A stretch of 63,641 nucleotides of DNA, filler included, from Octopus bimaculoides (taxonomy: Eukaryota): NCBI RefSeq assembly GCF_001194135.2. It is 6 parts of 6 records of this genome, joined end to end, with 100 filler letters (N's around TTAATTAATTAA, not from the genome) between each part and the next. Parts side by side here need not be neighbours in the genome. Positions count along the whole stretch, not along the records: positions 35,533 to 58,889 come from NC_068989.1; positions 58,990 to 60,994 come from NC_068986.1; positions 61,095 to 62,238 come from NW_026342485.1; positions 62,339 to 63,641 come from NC_068982.1; 2 more parts are not named here. The stretch is one strand, 5' to 3'. A program made the position numbers and the translations under genes. This document shows positions 50,081 through 62,370 of this stretch, piece after piece. How positions within the stretch are numbered: the stretch's first letter is position 1; every line of letters begins with the position of its first letter. A model generated the notes under the pieces. The model was not told the DNA's origin. It saw only the letters and a list, made by a program, of their open reading frames with translations, and did not search any database.

Positions 50081-52132
50081 CAATTTTTTTGCTGTGTGTG
50101 TATGTGTGTGTGTGTGTGTGTGTGCGTGCGTGTGTGCGTGTGTGCGTGCGTGCATGTGTGTGTGCATTGATTCAAACACCAGACTTGTTTACAATCAGAT
50201 AAATTCTTTGTAAGCAACAACTGGATTTTGGTAGGTTAAGTAATGATAGCAAAAATCAGACCAATAAAATTATTTGCAATCATCTAGATTTTTGGGTGAT
50301 GATGACACCATGGGTTTGTTTAATCAGATTTCTTCTGGAGTGTATTAAAAGATACCAGGTTTAGAGAGGAAGAAACACTGGAGTGAACAACAGAGAGTCA
50401 GACATAGACAAGAGTGAACAGCAGCGATCAGACAGTGAAGCAGGTAGGACAACAGAGGATAGATGTAGTCATGTGTTAAGTTAGTGATCTTCAAATTCAG
50501 CTTTGCTCAACAACTAGAGTTGTCAATATGAAGATTCTAGATCATAAATGACCAAACTGCTACTAACTTTAAAATGTACACTATGGCAGGGACACTTACA
50601 TTCATTCACTTCCCCTTCTCTCTGCACATGATCACAAAGCTATCCAACCAAGTCACCACATAAAAAGCTTTCAGTTTTGCTTAATCCTGTAGCATTTATA
50701 TTATTCTGTCAAATGCATGCCTTTTTATTCACAGTGATGTGATTGTATATTTTTGGAATAACATTGTATGGTAGGCGTGAGAGGCTAGATATAGGTTGTT
50801 AGAACATAAAACAAGGAGAAAATTTGGGTCGGATATGGCTTGTTTAAATGCTAAAAGGTCAAAAATGGTTGTATCTAATAAATCTTTTAACAATAACTAT
50901 GTCATGAATGGAAAACAAATGACTACTCTTTTTATTCAGTCAACATCCTTTTATTATATTGTTATACATATATAGTAAAGCAAAAACCAAATACAAATAG
51001 CAAAAAAAAAAAAAAGTATAAGGGATGGTCACAATCAATATTAATTTAACAGTCAAAGAAAGAAACAGAAAATGTTTCAATGTTTCAGACATAGTTCTTT
51101 GTTGGATACTCGATGAATGTCTTAGAGGGACCAGGAAGAGAAGAGAGGAGATAAAAAAAAAAGAAGAAAGCCAGAAAAAAATGTACATGGGTTCACATGT
51201 TGGATCACTGACTAACCAGAAGTGCAAAAGGCAACTGAGGTTTTAATGGCGGGAGAGTGATACAGGAATGCCTGCTGGTGTGTGTGTATGTGCATGTGTG
51301 AGTGCACAAGTTTGTGTGAGGGTACATATGCTTCTTGTGTGTGAGTATATGCATGTGTGTTTGTGTATGTGTATGTGTGTGTACACTGTGTGTGAATATC
51401 AGGGTGGTATAGAGGAGTGTACATATGTTATGAGTGTGTGTGTGTATAGAAGATATGAGTAGTGCGTGCATACATGTGTGTGTGGATATAAGTGTACCTA
51501 CTATGGTAAATAGTTTGTGTGTGTATAATGTATGGCAGTGTGTGTGCACCTATGTTAGTATGTGCTATAATGGTGGTCTTTATAGAAGCAGATATTTACA
51601 TCTGATATAGAGGATAATGGATATCAACATCAGATGCAGATATTAAAATGAAATATGGATATCAAACAATATAACATCATACAGAGATGTTAAAGAATGT
51701 AAACATTAGACACAGATGTCAAACAAAACTCACCAATAATATCAACATTAGATAGCTATACCTCAATGTTAACTTCAAACTCAAATGTCAATTTGGATAT
51801 GTCAGATATGAAACAAAATTCACCTCTGACAATAACAGAATATTTATATGAAAATATATTATCATCATACTGTGGTAACATTACAAATAGTTATTAGACA
51901 ATATAAACCTAAGCACAAGTATCAAACCATGGTATAAGATACTGGTATTAAAAATCACCTCCCCACCCCAAAAAAAATTCAACAGCATCAGACACAGTTA
52001 TCATACAATATTAACATCATATAAAAGTTGCACTAATGTTAACTTGAGACAGAGAAGTCAAACAATGGCATCAAATAAGTTTCATAATAAAAAACAGAAA
52101 TTATACATATACTGGATAGAAGAAATACTCAC

Positions 52133-52233
52133 CATCATAGATATCAAGATAACTCAACTCTTCAAACTTAACCAAATTAATTTCAAAAACATGACTACTG
52201 TTAGTTGTTAGGGTCCATTGGCATTTTAGCGGA
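52133..52233 (-). CDS. CUB-domain protein, exon (middle of a CUB domain)
   Basis: ctcttcttattgcag acceptor and gtgagt donor; 101 nt, phase 2-1; PLKCQWTLTTNSSHVFEINLVKFEELSYLDIYD(G) fits the C-x-W ... F ... L-x-IYDG CUB pattern. Missed by the ORF track. Confidence 0.88.
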
Positions 52234-54242
52234 CTGCAATAAGAAGAGAAATTATAAGCAAATTAACTTTAGTCTGTTAAAGAAAATCATTGGCAAACGA
52301 AAATAGAATTAATGTTTCTAATCAATTGATAAGTATTTACTTTGGTGCAAGTGTGATTTGAAAAGAAAATATTTGAATTTCTTGTGTATGCATCAATAGC
52401 TGACATCAGGAGAGTGCTGTTTTAAACTCTAGCCATGGTAAAAGCTGAAAGCAGCAGGCCAGGATTGGAAAAACTAAGAAGGTTTGGTCTCAAACCATTC
52501 CTCCAGTTTCACATAGATCAATAACTTTAAAGAAGAGGTTATCAGCTTCTAAAATGTCTGTTTCAATATAAATTCTGATACCTCTTATAGTAAGTAGAAA
52601 CTTGATCACTTTACTGAACTTTGTTGCCTCTCCATTAACAAAACAGTAACTTTTGTAATGCTAAGTTTAATCAAGTCTTTATCCCTATCACTCCATGTAT
52701 GAAGAAACACTTCTAACCAGAGTTCTCTAGCAATTGTACAAATACAAGCCATACTAAGCAATCAAAATCTTTCTATCTATTTCAATCATCAATCAGAATA
52801 TCTTCATAGGGTGTTTCAGTATAGAATAAAGTTATATATGTCCAGTCAGATTATTTCAGTCTCTGGCAAAATACTAAATGGACTTATATTTAAAACATCA
52901 CATTATCTTACTATAACTGTTTGAGAGATTTGACTTATTACCTTGATAAGATTAACTGTTACCTCTCTCTGTAAAATTACTTGCACCCTCTTTCTCTATC
53001 AAACCAAGAACAGTTACAGTTTACAACCTCTGGTTTATATTTTACAACTGGCAAAAACACATCATCATCTTCACCCTTTGATGTTGTTGAACAACCAATC
53101 CTAACCAGTCAGGATTCACAGTATGGGTTGTACTATTCATCATTTTGATTAACGAATACATAACATGGCTCATGAAACCTTTGGGTGATTTTCCTGAGTC
53201 ACTGAGTCACCATCTCATCCTTGTATGTCAATCTGTCACAAGGTTACTCATTTACAGCTGAGTAGGCTGGAGCAACATGAAATGAAATGTTTTAGCTCAA
53301 GAACACAATGCACAGCCAGTCTAGGAATTGAAACCATGATTCATGATTGTGAATGCAACAACCTAACCATTAGACCATGCTTATTTACATATCTTTAAAA
53401 CTCCTTGAAGTCTCTTTCATAAGTCTTATGAGAATGTGTTGGTATGTGCTTGCACTTAATTTTTTTCCAATTTGGAATTGTTAACTTTTGGATAGTTTTT
53501 GATAAAATATAGAATGAGGAAATGATTCTAACTTGTGTCTGAAGATCTTTTATTAGAATAAAATTCTTTAAATGTCATACAAGTTCTTTTCTTTTATCCT
53601 CCTGAAGAGAAATTGCATCAAAGTTATCAGTTTTAGTCCATAATCTTTATTAATATTAGTCGTTAGTGGGTCACATTGGTGTTTATTTAGAAGCAATGAT
53701 GTTTTGGTCAATTTGTATACATCAACCATATTTCTGAGCTTCATTTCCATTCTGTGTACCATTCAGCCTTAGACAAAATTATAGGTTGTCTTGCAAAATT
53801 AACCATGCACTACAGCAAGCTGTACCAGAAATATTTCTCATCATATGAGATCCAATGACAGCCACAACCATTTTGAAAGGCTTGCTAACTCATTCTATTT
53901 TATAACTTCTCTCATAAAATACAATTTCTCATATCACATATTTCCACATCCCATATGTTCATTATCACTCTCTAACAACTGACAGCTTAAGCCAAAGGAA
54001 ATAGATCTTGATAAATACAACAAAGAAGATAATTCAATATCAACACTAGTGGCAATATGCAAACTGTGAAGGGACAAATATGAAATAATACTGTAGCAAA
54101 GAATAATGTATTACTGTTATCAGTGATATTATTGTAAATATAGTGGAATATGGTATATGTCATGTATAACATGCTGTAGAAGGATGGATTGCATATTATA
54201 CTAATTTTAAAGTACATAAAAATGAAATTGGCAGTAACTTAC

Positions 54243-54327
54243 GTTATCAATGTAATGTTGCTATATGGCGGTTGTATATATCCACTTTCTCCTCCACTTA
54301 TAAACTTGTTATACGATTCTTTACATT
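54243..54327 (-). CDS. CUB-domain protein, exon (start of a CUB domain)
   Basis: ctttcattttag acceptor and gtaagt donor; 85 nt, phase 1-2; (E)CKESYNKFISGGESGYIQPPYSNITLI(T) fits C...G-x-I-x-x-P-Y. Confidence 0.85.
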
Positions 54328-54383
54328 CTAAAATGAAAGAATGATGAACTCATAAACAAAATAAGTAGTTGTGTGTGTGTGTG

Positions 54384-54429
<46 letters not shown>

Positions 54430-54915
54430 NNNNNNNNNNNNNNNNNNNNNNNNNNNNNNNNNNNNNNNNNNNNNNNNNNNNNNNNNNNNNNNNNNNNNNN
54501 NNNNNNNNNNNNNNNNNNNNNNNNNNNNNNNNNNNNNNNNNNNNNNNNNNNNNNNNNNNNNNNNNNNNNNNNNNNNNNNNNNNNNNNNNNNNNNNNNNNN
54601 NNNNNNNNNNNNNNNNNNNNNNNNNNNNNNNNNNNNNNNNNNNNNNNNNNNNNNNNNNNNNNNNNNNNNNNNNNNNNNNNNNNNNNNNNNNNNNNNNNNN
54701 NNNNNNNNNNNNNNNNNNNNNNNNNNNNNNNNNNNNNNNNNNNNNNNNNNNNNNNNNNNNNNNNNNNNNNNNNNNNNNNNNNNNNNNNNNNNNNNNNNNN
54801 NNNNNNNNNNNNNNNNNNNNNNNNNNNNNNNNNNNNNNNNNNNNNNNNNNNNNNNNNNNNNNNNNNNNNNNNNNNNNNNNNNNNNNNNNNNNNNNNNNNN
54901 NNNNNNNNNNNNNNN

Positions 54916-55900
54916 TGTTACTCGAAGCCTTCAACGATATAGAAGGGGATATAGCATCACATAATGTGGAAGACAACTGGAGGTTTCTACGGGACAACCT
55001 GCTGAGAGCCACTGACCAGATCTGTGGATGGTGCAAAGTCCCCTCTCGACCCAAAGTAATGTGGTGGTGGAACAATGTGGTTGACAGGGCTATTAGACAA
55101 AAGAAACAGGCTTGGAAGGACTGGAAGAATGGAAGTAGCAGGGAATTGTATCAGACTGCCAGAAGGGAAGCTAGGAGACAGGTTTATTTAGCGAGAGGGG
55201 AAGCAGATGAGAAAAAATTTGCCAATGTTCTGCGCCGTGAGGACCAAAAACTTGAAGTATTTCGTGTTGCAAGACAGTATGTGAGAAAGAATCGTGATGT
55301 CGTAGGAGAGAAATGTGTCCACATGGATGATGGCTCACTTGCACTAAACGAGGCTGCAAAGAGAGAGCTTTGGAGATGCCACTATGAAAGGTTGCTTAAT
55401 AAAGAGAATGAATGGGAGGAAGGGAGTCTGCCGAATGTCAACCCAACAGAGGGACCAACTATCCTAATTGACAGTACCATGGTAGATAAAGTGATCAAGA
55501 GTATGAAGACAGGGAAGGCCCCAAGCCCATCAGGTGTCACTGCAGAGATGCTCAAAATATCTGGCAGTGTCGGCTATAGCCTAGTCACCTGTATAGTTAA
55601 CCAGGTGATACGTTGAAGGAGTCATACCCAATGACTGGTGTAGCAGCACCATAGTCAACTGTTACAAAGGTAAAGGTGAAACCTTAGATAGAAATAATTG
55701 CAGGGGTATCAGATTGTTGGATCAGGTGATGAAAGTCATGGACAGGGTCATAGCCCAACTAATAAGGGAGAGAGTTAGTCTGGATGAAATGCAGTTTGCT
55801 TTTGTGCCTGGGAGAAGCACCACTGATACCTGTATTTCTGGTAAGACAGCTGCTTTCGTTGACATGGAGAAAGCCTTTGGCAGGGTCCCCTGATCCCTTA
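54916..55900 (+). mobile_element. RTE LINE fragment (pre-RT region and RT N-terminus), opposite orientation to the RTE at 46535-48763
   Basis: WRCHYERLLNKENEW...MKTGKAPSPSG...EMLK, frameshift near 55612, then NDWCSSTIVNCYKGKG...RGIRLL...FVDMEKAF. Confidence 0.92.
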
Positions 55901-57307
55901 TNNNNNNNNNNNNNNNNNNNNNNNNNNNNNNNNNNNNNNNNNNNNNNNNNNNNNNNNNNNNNNNNNNNNNNNNNNNNNNNNNNNNNNNNNNNNNNNNNNN
56001 NCGAATACAATAAAAGGCTTGCTGTTACATTCTTCCACAAATCTGCTGATTGGATAAACTAATATTGTTTGTAAGTAAGCATTATAATCTAAGTTTGATT
56101 ATTTTTTCATCTAACTATAATACTCACTCATTACACAAATCTTTCTACAATTAAAAAAAGGAACAACTCATGTTGAAGGAATGATTGTTATTTCTTTGTT
56201 TTGATTTAATCTCAACTCAGCCCTATAAAAGATATTCCAGCTATAACTGTTCTGTGATTTGTTTTTTTTTCAGGTATAACATATTTAAAACTATATCATT
56301 CAGTATTATCTTATATCTTTAAAACAGTAGGTTGTGATTCAAGGAAGAATTGGCTGCTAGTTCTTGAAGATCAAGTGACATTGACATATAGAAATTGTTT
56401 CCTTCTAGCTATATTGATTATACTGAATGAAATTGTTTAAGGTGGATTGCTTCTCTAACTTTTGTAAGATGAAACAGGGGCTGATTTATCCAAGCAATGC
56501 TAGGTATTTGTTGCTATCAAACATTTACAGATAACAATAAACACAATCAGTTTCTATGTTTGTGAGTGAGCATGTGTGTGTGTGTAATATTTTTACTGTA
56601 CTTTTTACCTATGTATGTAAAAATGTCTTTCATTAATATTTTTGATCTAGGAAGAGCCTTTTATTGGGCAATTCATGAAATGGGAATACAAATGTAAATT
56701 ATTGCATATGACCTTTTCTCAGATGTGTTAGAAATAAATTACAGATCAAATACTTCAAAATTAGAGGAAAATCAGAGAGAAGTTAAATAAAGAAAAAAAT
56801 GATTTAAACTTTAGAATGACAAGGTTCAAAATTGTATCAAACTACCTAGTTGACATGTTTAGAGATTATATTTCTGTTTTCCAGATCTCAGAGATATCCC
56901 CAATTTTTTTCTGCAACTTGATAAGGAATGAAACTGAGGTTAATAAATCCTTAATGAATAGTGAAACCACAGTAAATAGAACAGAATCAAGTTGTTGGTA
57001 TATCTTGTTGTTTGAAAGTGCCTGCTATGACTATTCTTTCTTATTTTCAAGTGTCTGAGTGAAGGTAGTGTCTGATTTTGGTATCAAGGAAGTTGCTCAA
57101 TAGACTCCTGACCTGTCTTGATGTTTTTTTTCTAGTGTCCATGGATTGTCCATGAATTTCTCTTGTGGTTATCTAGGTCTCATGTTAAAAAATATCGGAA
57201 ATTTCTCAGGAGATCTTGGAGCAGTGACCAATTTCTCCACAAAGGTGACACTTAGGAAAGAATTTTCAAAAATAACAAAATCTCAGAAGGAAAAATTCTC
57301 TATTTAC

Positions 57308-57460
57308 CTGGTTCTTCACTTTGGATGCTGGCCATAAATCCTACTTCATCAGTTTCCTTTTCTAAAGAGAACTCAACAAAAAGGCTATCATTTCTGGAGT
57401 GGTAGGTACCAATTTTATTCTGACAAGCATTTCCATAATTTTCACCTTTGTTGTTAGATC
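57308..57460 (-). CDS. CUB-domain protein, exon (C-terminal half of the preceding CUB domain)
   Basis: ttctttttaaaag acceptor and gtaaat donor; 153 nt, phase 1-1; (G)SNNKGENYGNACQNKIGTYHSRNDSLFVEFSLEKETDEVGFMASIQSEEP fits G..C....S..N.L.V.F......GF.A. Confidence 0.85.
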
Positions 57461-58847
57461 CTTTTAAAAAGAAAACAACAAAAACACCGTATTTCAGTCT
57501 TTGTACATATGAGTTTATAGACATATATGCATGCATAAATATATAAAATATACATGTGTATGTGTGTCGGTTTCCATGCATCTATTTCTATAGCTATCTT
57601 TCCTATAACTTAGCAATATTATAAAAAGACATAGCTAAAATAAGTATCAGACTTAAAAGTAAGTACTGGGATCAATGGAAACACTTGTAGATGGTGTCCA
57701 AGTGCGTCTGTACTCTATTGATGAAAACAAGAAATAGCGATCAATGTCATTGTTATTGTTGTTGTCATCATCTTTGCCATCACTTCTGCTTTTCTATGCT
57801 TGCATGGGACAGATGAGTGTATGTTGGAGCAGAGTTTTCTATGATCAAATGCCAATCATGTTACCACCTTTCACTTGTTTCCAAGTGAAGTAATAATCTC
57901 CAACAAAAAGCCTGACAATCAACAAACAGTTTAGATATAGCTATATGGAGAAGTGGAAACAAACAACACTGTATGGATAAGCCTATTGCTTACAATCAGT
58001 GAATGAATACACATGCAGACACACACACACACACACACACACATGTGTGCGCACATGCGAAACTGGCAACGTTTGAGGTAGCCATTGAACAAGAATGTGC
58101 ATATTGTCATTTCATTGCTTAGCAACAGTAATCAGTTTGAAAAAAGGCATTTATAAAAAAATTAAATTCTGTCTAGATTCTATCAAATATTAGGGACATT
58201 CTATATTATTATATAGACATAATCAGCATAATTTGATTTTCACATTTCATTTTTGGATTTTTGCAATTTTACAACATTAGATATTTTAACATTGCAAGTA
58301 CTTTCATGTTATATAACAATCTTCAGGTAAATGCTTATGTAGTTTCAGCATTAACAAACAGCTATGAGCTTCACATTTGAAAACTGTTGTGAAACAACTG
58401 AATTTTTCCTTTAAAATACCTTTCAATAGGTTCCAGCATGCTGAAGTTAATGAACACTATTTTAACCAACCAATGTGTTACTTAGGTGTTGTGGTTTGAT
58501 GAATGTGGTTACACAAATTACATTGACAACACTAACTCATAGAAACATTTTAACTCATCAGACGCACTGGTAGAAGATTTGGTTGCAATCAGATGTTAAG
58601 AAACATTTCATACTACAAACCATACTGTAGACCAGCTTACTTCATCAGGAGGTGAAGATTTACTCAGTGTAAATTTATTTGTCAATATACATAAATATCT
58701 ATATGTTTGTACATAAGTGTTTATCTTCTGAATATTTTCAGCAGTTGTATATCCCTATATTTATCTACATGTGTATATATATATATATATATATGTATAT
58801 TTATATATATCAAGCCTAATCATGTTGATCTGCATCACAATCTCTAT

Positions 58848-58889
<42 letters not shown>

Positions 58890-58989
58890 NNNNNNNNNNN
58901 NNNNNNNNNNNNNNNNNNNNNNNNNNNNNNNNNTTAATTAATTAANNNNNNNNNNNNNNNNNNNNNNNNNNNNNNNNNNNNNNNNNNNN

Positions 58990-59039
<50 letters not shown>

Positions 59040-59403
59040 CGTGTGTGTGTGTGTATGTCTTTGTGTCTGACAACTGGTGTTGATGTGTTTATGTCCCCTT
59101 AACTTAGTGGTTCAGCATAAGAGACTGATAGAATAAGTCCTTTGGTCGATTTGTTCGACTAAAACCCTTCAAGGCGATGCTCCAGCATAGCTACAGTCAG
59201 ATGACTGAAACAAGTAAAAAGACAAAAAAAAAAGGAAAAAGAATCTTTTCAAAATTAATTGAATCAATGTATTTCAACAGAAATATGGTAAGAAAAGGTT
59301 TAAAATGCAAAGAATTAGTATTTTTTTATGTAATTAATTTTCTCACTTTTTGAGACCTATTATATTTGTTTTTACTGTATTTTATATAAATTTGTCTTTG
59401 TAG

Positions 59404-60477
59404 ATTATGAGGACCGGTTAAACAAGCTTTTTCCTGCTGAACTCAAGAAACACCCTTGCAGAAATGCTTCAACATCTAAGCAATCGGATATAAATACAGC
59501 AAAAGCACATTTAAGAACTGCTCCATCGATGATTTCTCCTCAGAGTTCTGTCATCACTTTAGACAGTGACAGTCCTCCCACTACCGTTTCTTCACAAAGT
59601 GGATTCTCTCGAACATGTAACACAAACTGTGAATTAGATTCTGAAGTCACACATGTTCAGTTACCCAACCAACAAACCAATCATATTTTCACCCGGAATT
59701 CTCAAATTATTGATCTGGAAAGTCCAGCTAGTCCTCCTAGCAGCTATAATTATTCTAGAAACGTATCAAAACCATCTCAGTATTTAGATCATGAAAGTCA
59801 ACCTAAACTCGTTAACAACAATCAGAAAATTGGTTTGGTACATTCACGTAACATCACATCAAATCAATCCCAAACAAACAATAATGAAAATAATTTTTCA
59901 GCAAGTGATCATCATCATCATCATCATCATCAAAAACCACTATTACAAGGATGTGTTGGCAGTGAAGCTGGCGGGCGAGGTATCATAAATATATCTTCTC
60001 AGAACGTTGACGGCCGACATGAGAATCAAGCTAACACCAATACTTGTCTCACGAGGGATGAATCACAAATGGAATTATTAATGGATGTTGTCATTGATGA
60101 AGACTATTCAACAGACAACTGGAACACCAGTTCTTCCACTACAGTTCAGGATAACACTTCACATAACTTTCAAAGCAATAAAGATAAACACTTACCTTTT
60201 TTGTCAGTACCTGCTAAAAGAGGTAACTTTTCAAATTCTAACCAGGTTGTTAATAATAATAATAACAATAATAATAATAATAACAACAATAACAATAATA
60301 GTAATAACAGTGATATAATTAAATTGGATTTGGAAAATATAGAATCTGCTAATAATGTGCCTGTTACAGATATTAAAATTGAAGATGTGAAGCATTGTCT
60401 TGATGAAGAAAAGTTCTCCCTATTAACTGACAGTGCTAACAACCCTAACGATGTGATACACGCAAACGAATATTCTG
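59404..60477 (+). CDS. Large internal exon of an unidentified protein; disordered, poly-N/poly-H, several SIM-like motifs
   Basis: ttgtctttgtag acceptor and gtcagt donor; 1074 nt open, phase 1-1; begins YEDRLNKLFPAELKKHPC; contains VITLDSDS, IIDLES, VVIDEDY and IIKLDLE. Confidence 0.8.
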
Positions 60478-60762
60478 GTCAGTATTTTAGTATTTATTTA
60501 TTAACGATTGTATCAAAGCAAAAGTTCATTTTTCAAATTTCATTTTCATTGCTTTACTATAATTTCTGTTGATTATAGATAGTACGGTTTTTATAGAAGC
60601 GTTAGTTGTTTTAACCTTTTAGCACTTAAACCGGTCATATCCAACCTAAATATTCCACCTGATCTGACCTCTCACACCTACCTTACAATGTCATTCTAGA
60701 AATATACAATTACATCGTTGAAATCTTGAAGCTATGAAAGAATGCATGAGTACCTGGAACAA

Positions 60763-60994
60763 TCATCATCATCATCATCATCGTTTAACGTCCGCTTTCC
60801 ATGCTAGCATGGGTTGGACGATTTGACTGAGGACTGGTGAAACCGGATGGCAACACCAGGCTCCAATCTAATTTGGCAGAGTTTCTACAGCTGGATGCCC
60901 TTCCTAACGCCAACCACTCAGAGAGTGTAGTGGGTGCTTTTACGTGTCACCCGCACGAAAACGACCACGCTCGAAATGGTGTCTTTTATGTGCC
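60763..60994 (-). mobile_element. RTE-type 3' UTR with (GAT)n tail
   Basis: Nearly the same as 30881-31060: catcatcgtttaacgtcc...gagtttctacagctggatgcccttcctaa. Confidence 0.85.
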
Positions 60995-62338
60995 NNNNNN
61001 NNNNNNNNNNNNNNNNNNNNNNNNNNNNNNNNNNNNNNTTAATTAATTAANNNNNNNNNNNNNNNNNNNNNNNNNNNNNNNNNNNNNNNNNNNNTGTTTA
61101 CGTATGTACGTATATATGTATGTGCGTGTGTGTATATGTATATAGGTATGTATGTTTGTATGTGTGTGTGTGTGTGTGTGTACGTATGTATTCACCAAAC
61201 GCTTCGGTTTAAATCAATTCAAAATAAAAGGCATAAGCATGCTCCAAGTCATTTCCAAATTTTCCGTGTATTCTTCAATTATTTTATTAAATGAAATCGT
61301 AGAAAAAAAACATTAAATAAGCATATAAAAATACATAAAAATATATTAGAATAAAAATATCAAATACCAAATAAAAATGAAAAAAAAAACAATGAAATTA
61401 TATTAAAACTAAAGTATAATAAAAAGAAAAACGCTTGAATATTGCAAAAGTAATGATTTAACGCCAAACGAACAGGAAATCTTGACAGAATTACTCAGTG
61501 ACATTAAATGTATTTGTTTTTGCTGTTTTTTCTGTGTGTTTTTGTCTTGTATTTATTGGTTTGTCTTGTTTTTCTTTGAAATCTATTTGTAAAATGTGAA
61601 TATGTTTGTTATGAGTGAGTGTTATGGAGTGTTTGGTTTGGTATAATGAAATCAATATTGAAATATACAGGCGTGCGTACGTACATACATACATGCATAC
61701 ATACATGCATACATACATGCATACATATATATATATTTATAGGCGTGAGGCGAAAGAAAAATATTTAGAAAGACGAAATAATATTAAGAATAATAATAAT
61801 AATAATAAGAAGAATGGGAGGAGGAGGCGGAGGAGTGGAAAGACAAGAATGATTTGTAGAAGACAAAAAGAAAATGAAAAAAGAAGAGGAGAAAAACAAG
61901 ATGTATTAGTAGTAGTAGTAGTCGTAGTAGTAGTAGTAGTAGGATGAGGATGAGGAGTGAGAAAATATGGAGAGAAAGAGATGGGGAAAAATAACGAAAA
62001 CGACCTGTTGTCTCCAAAGTGTCAAAAGTTTGATAAAATTGTGCACACAAGGGATGTAAAGAATTCTTTTTTTAATGAACTCATTCAGGAATTTCCCCCT
62101 TTTATTAGTATTATATATATTCAACATAACCCTACGCATGCCTCACCAAAATATTACCATGCCCAATGGTGGGAATCAGGGATTTAGATGAAACGTTTAT
62201 ACGATTATGAAACGTTATACGATAACTCTGCAAATATTNNNNNNNNNNNNNNNNNNNNNNNNNNNNNNNNNNNNNNNNNNNNTTAATTAATTAANNNNNN
62301 NNNNNNNNNNNNNNNNNNNNNNNNNNNNNNNNNNNNNN

Positions 62339-62370
<32 letters not shown>

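Noticed and set aside
50600-50686. Candidate next CUB exon (GLSKTESFLCGDLVG)
   Set aside because: In-frame TAG after 15 codons and no polypyrimidine tract at the acceptor.
51590-52070. Quasi-periodic atatcaacat/atgtcaaac motifs with an AG...GT exon-like segment
   Set aside because: All three frames of the segment contain stops; best explained as a decayed tandem repeat.
52500-53100. Possible very old Penelope-like RT remnant (also 56820-57050)
   Set aside because: Only vague motif similarity (LFYTETPYEDIL, LSNNKIYQQLDS) amid many stops; cannot be supported without a profile search.
58420-58485. Frame HWLVKIVFINFSMLEPIE resembling a CUB middle exon
   Set aside because: Wrong end phase for the 57460 acceptor and a poor acceptor site.
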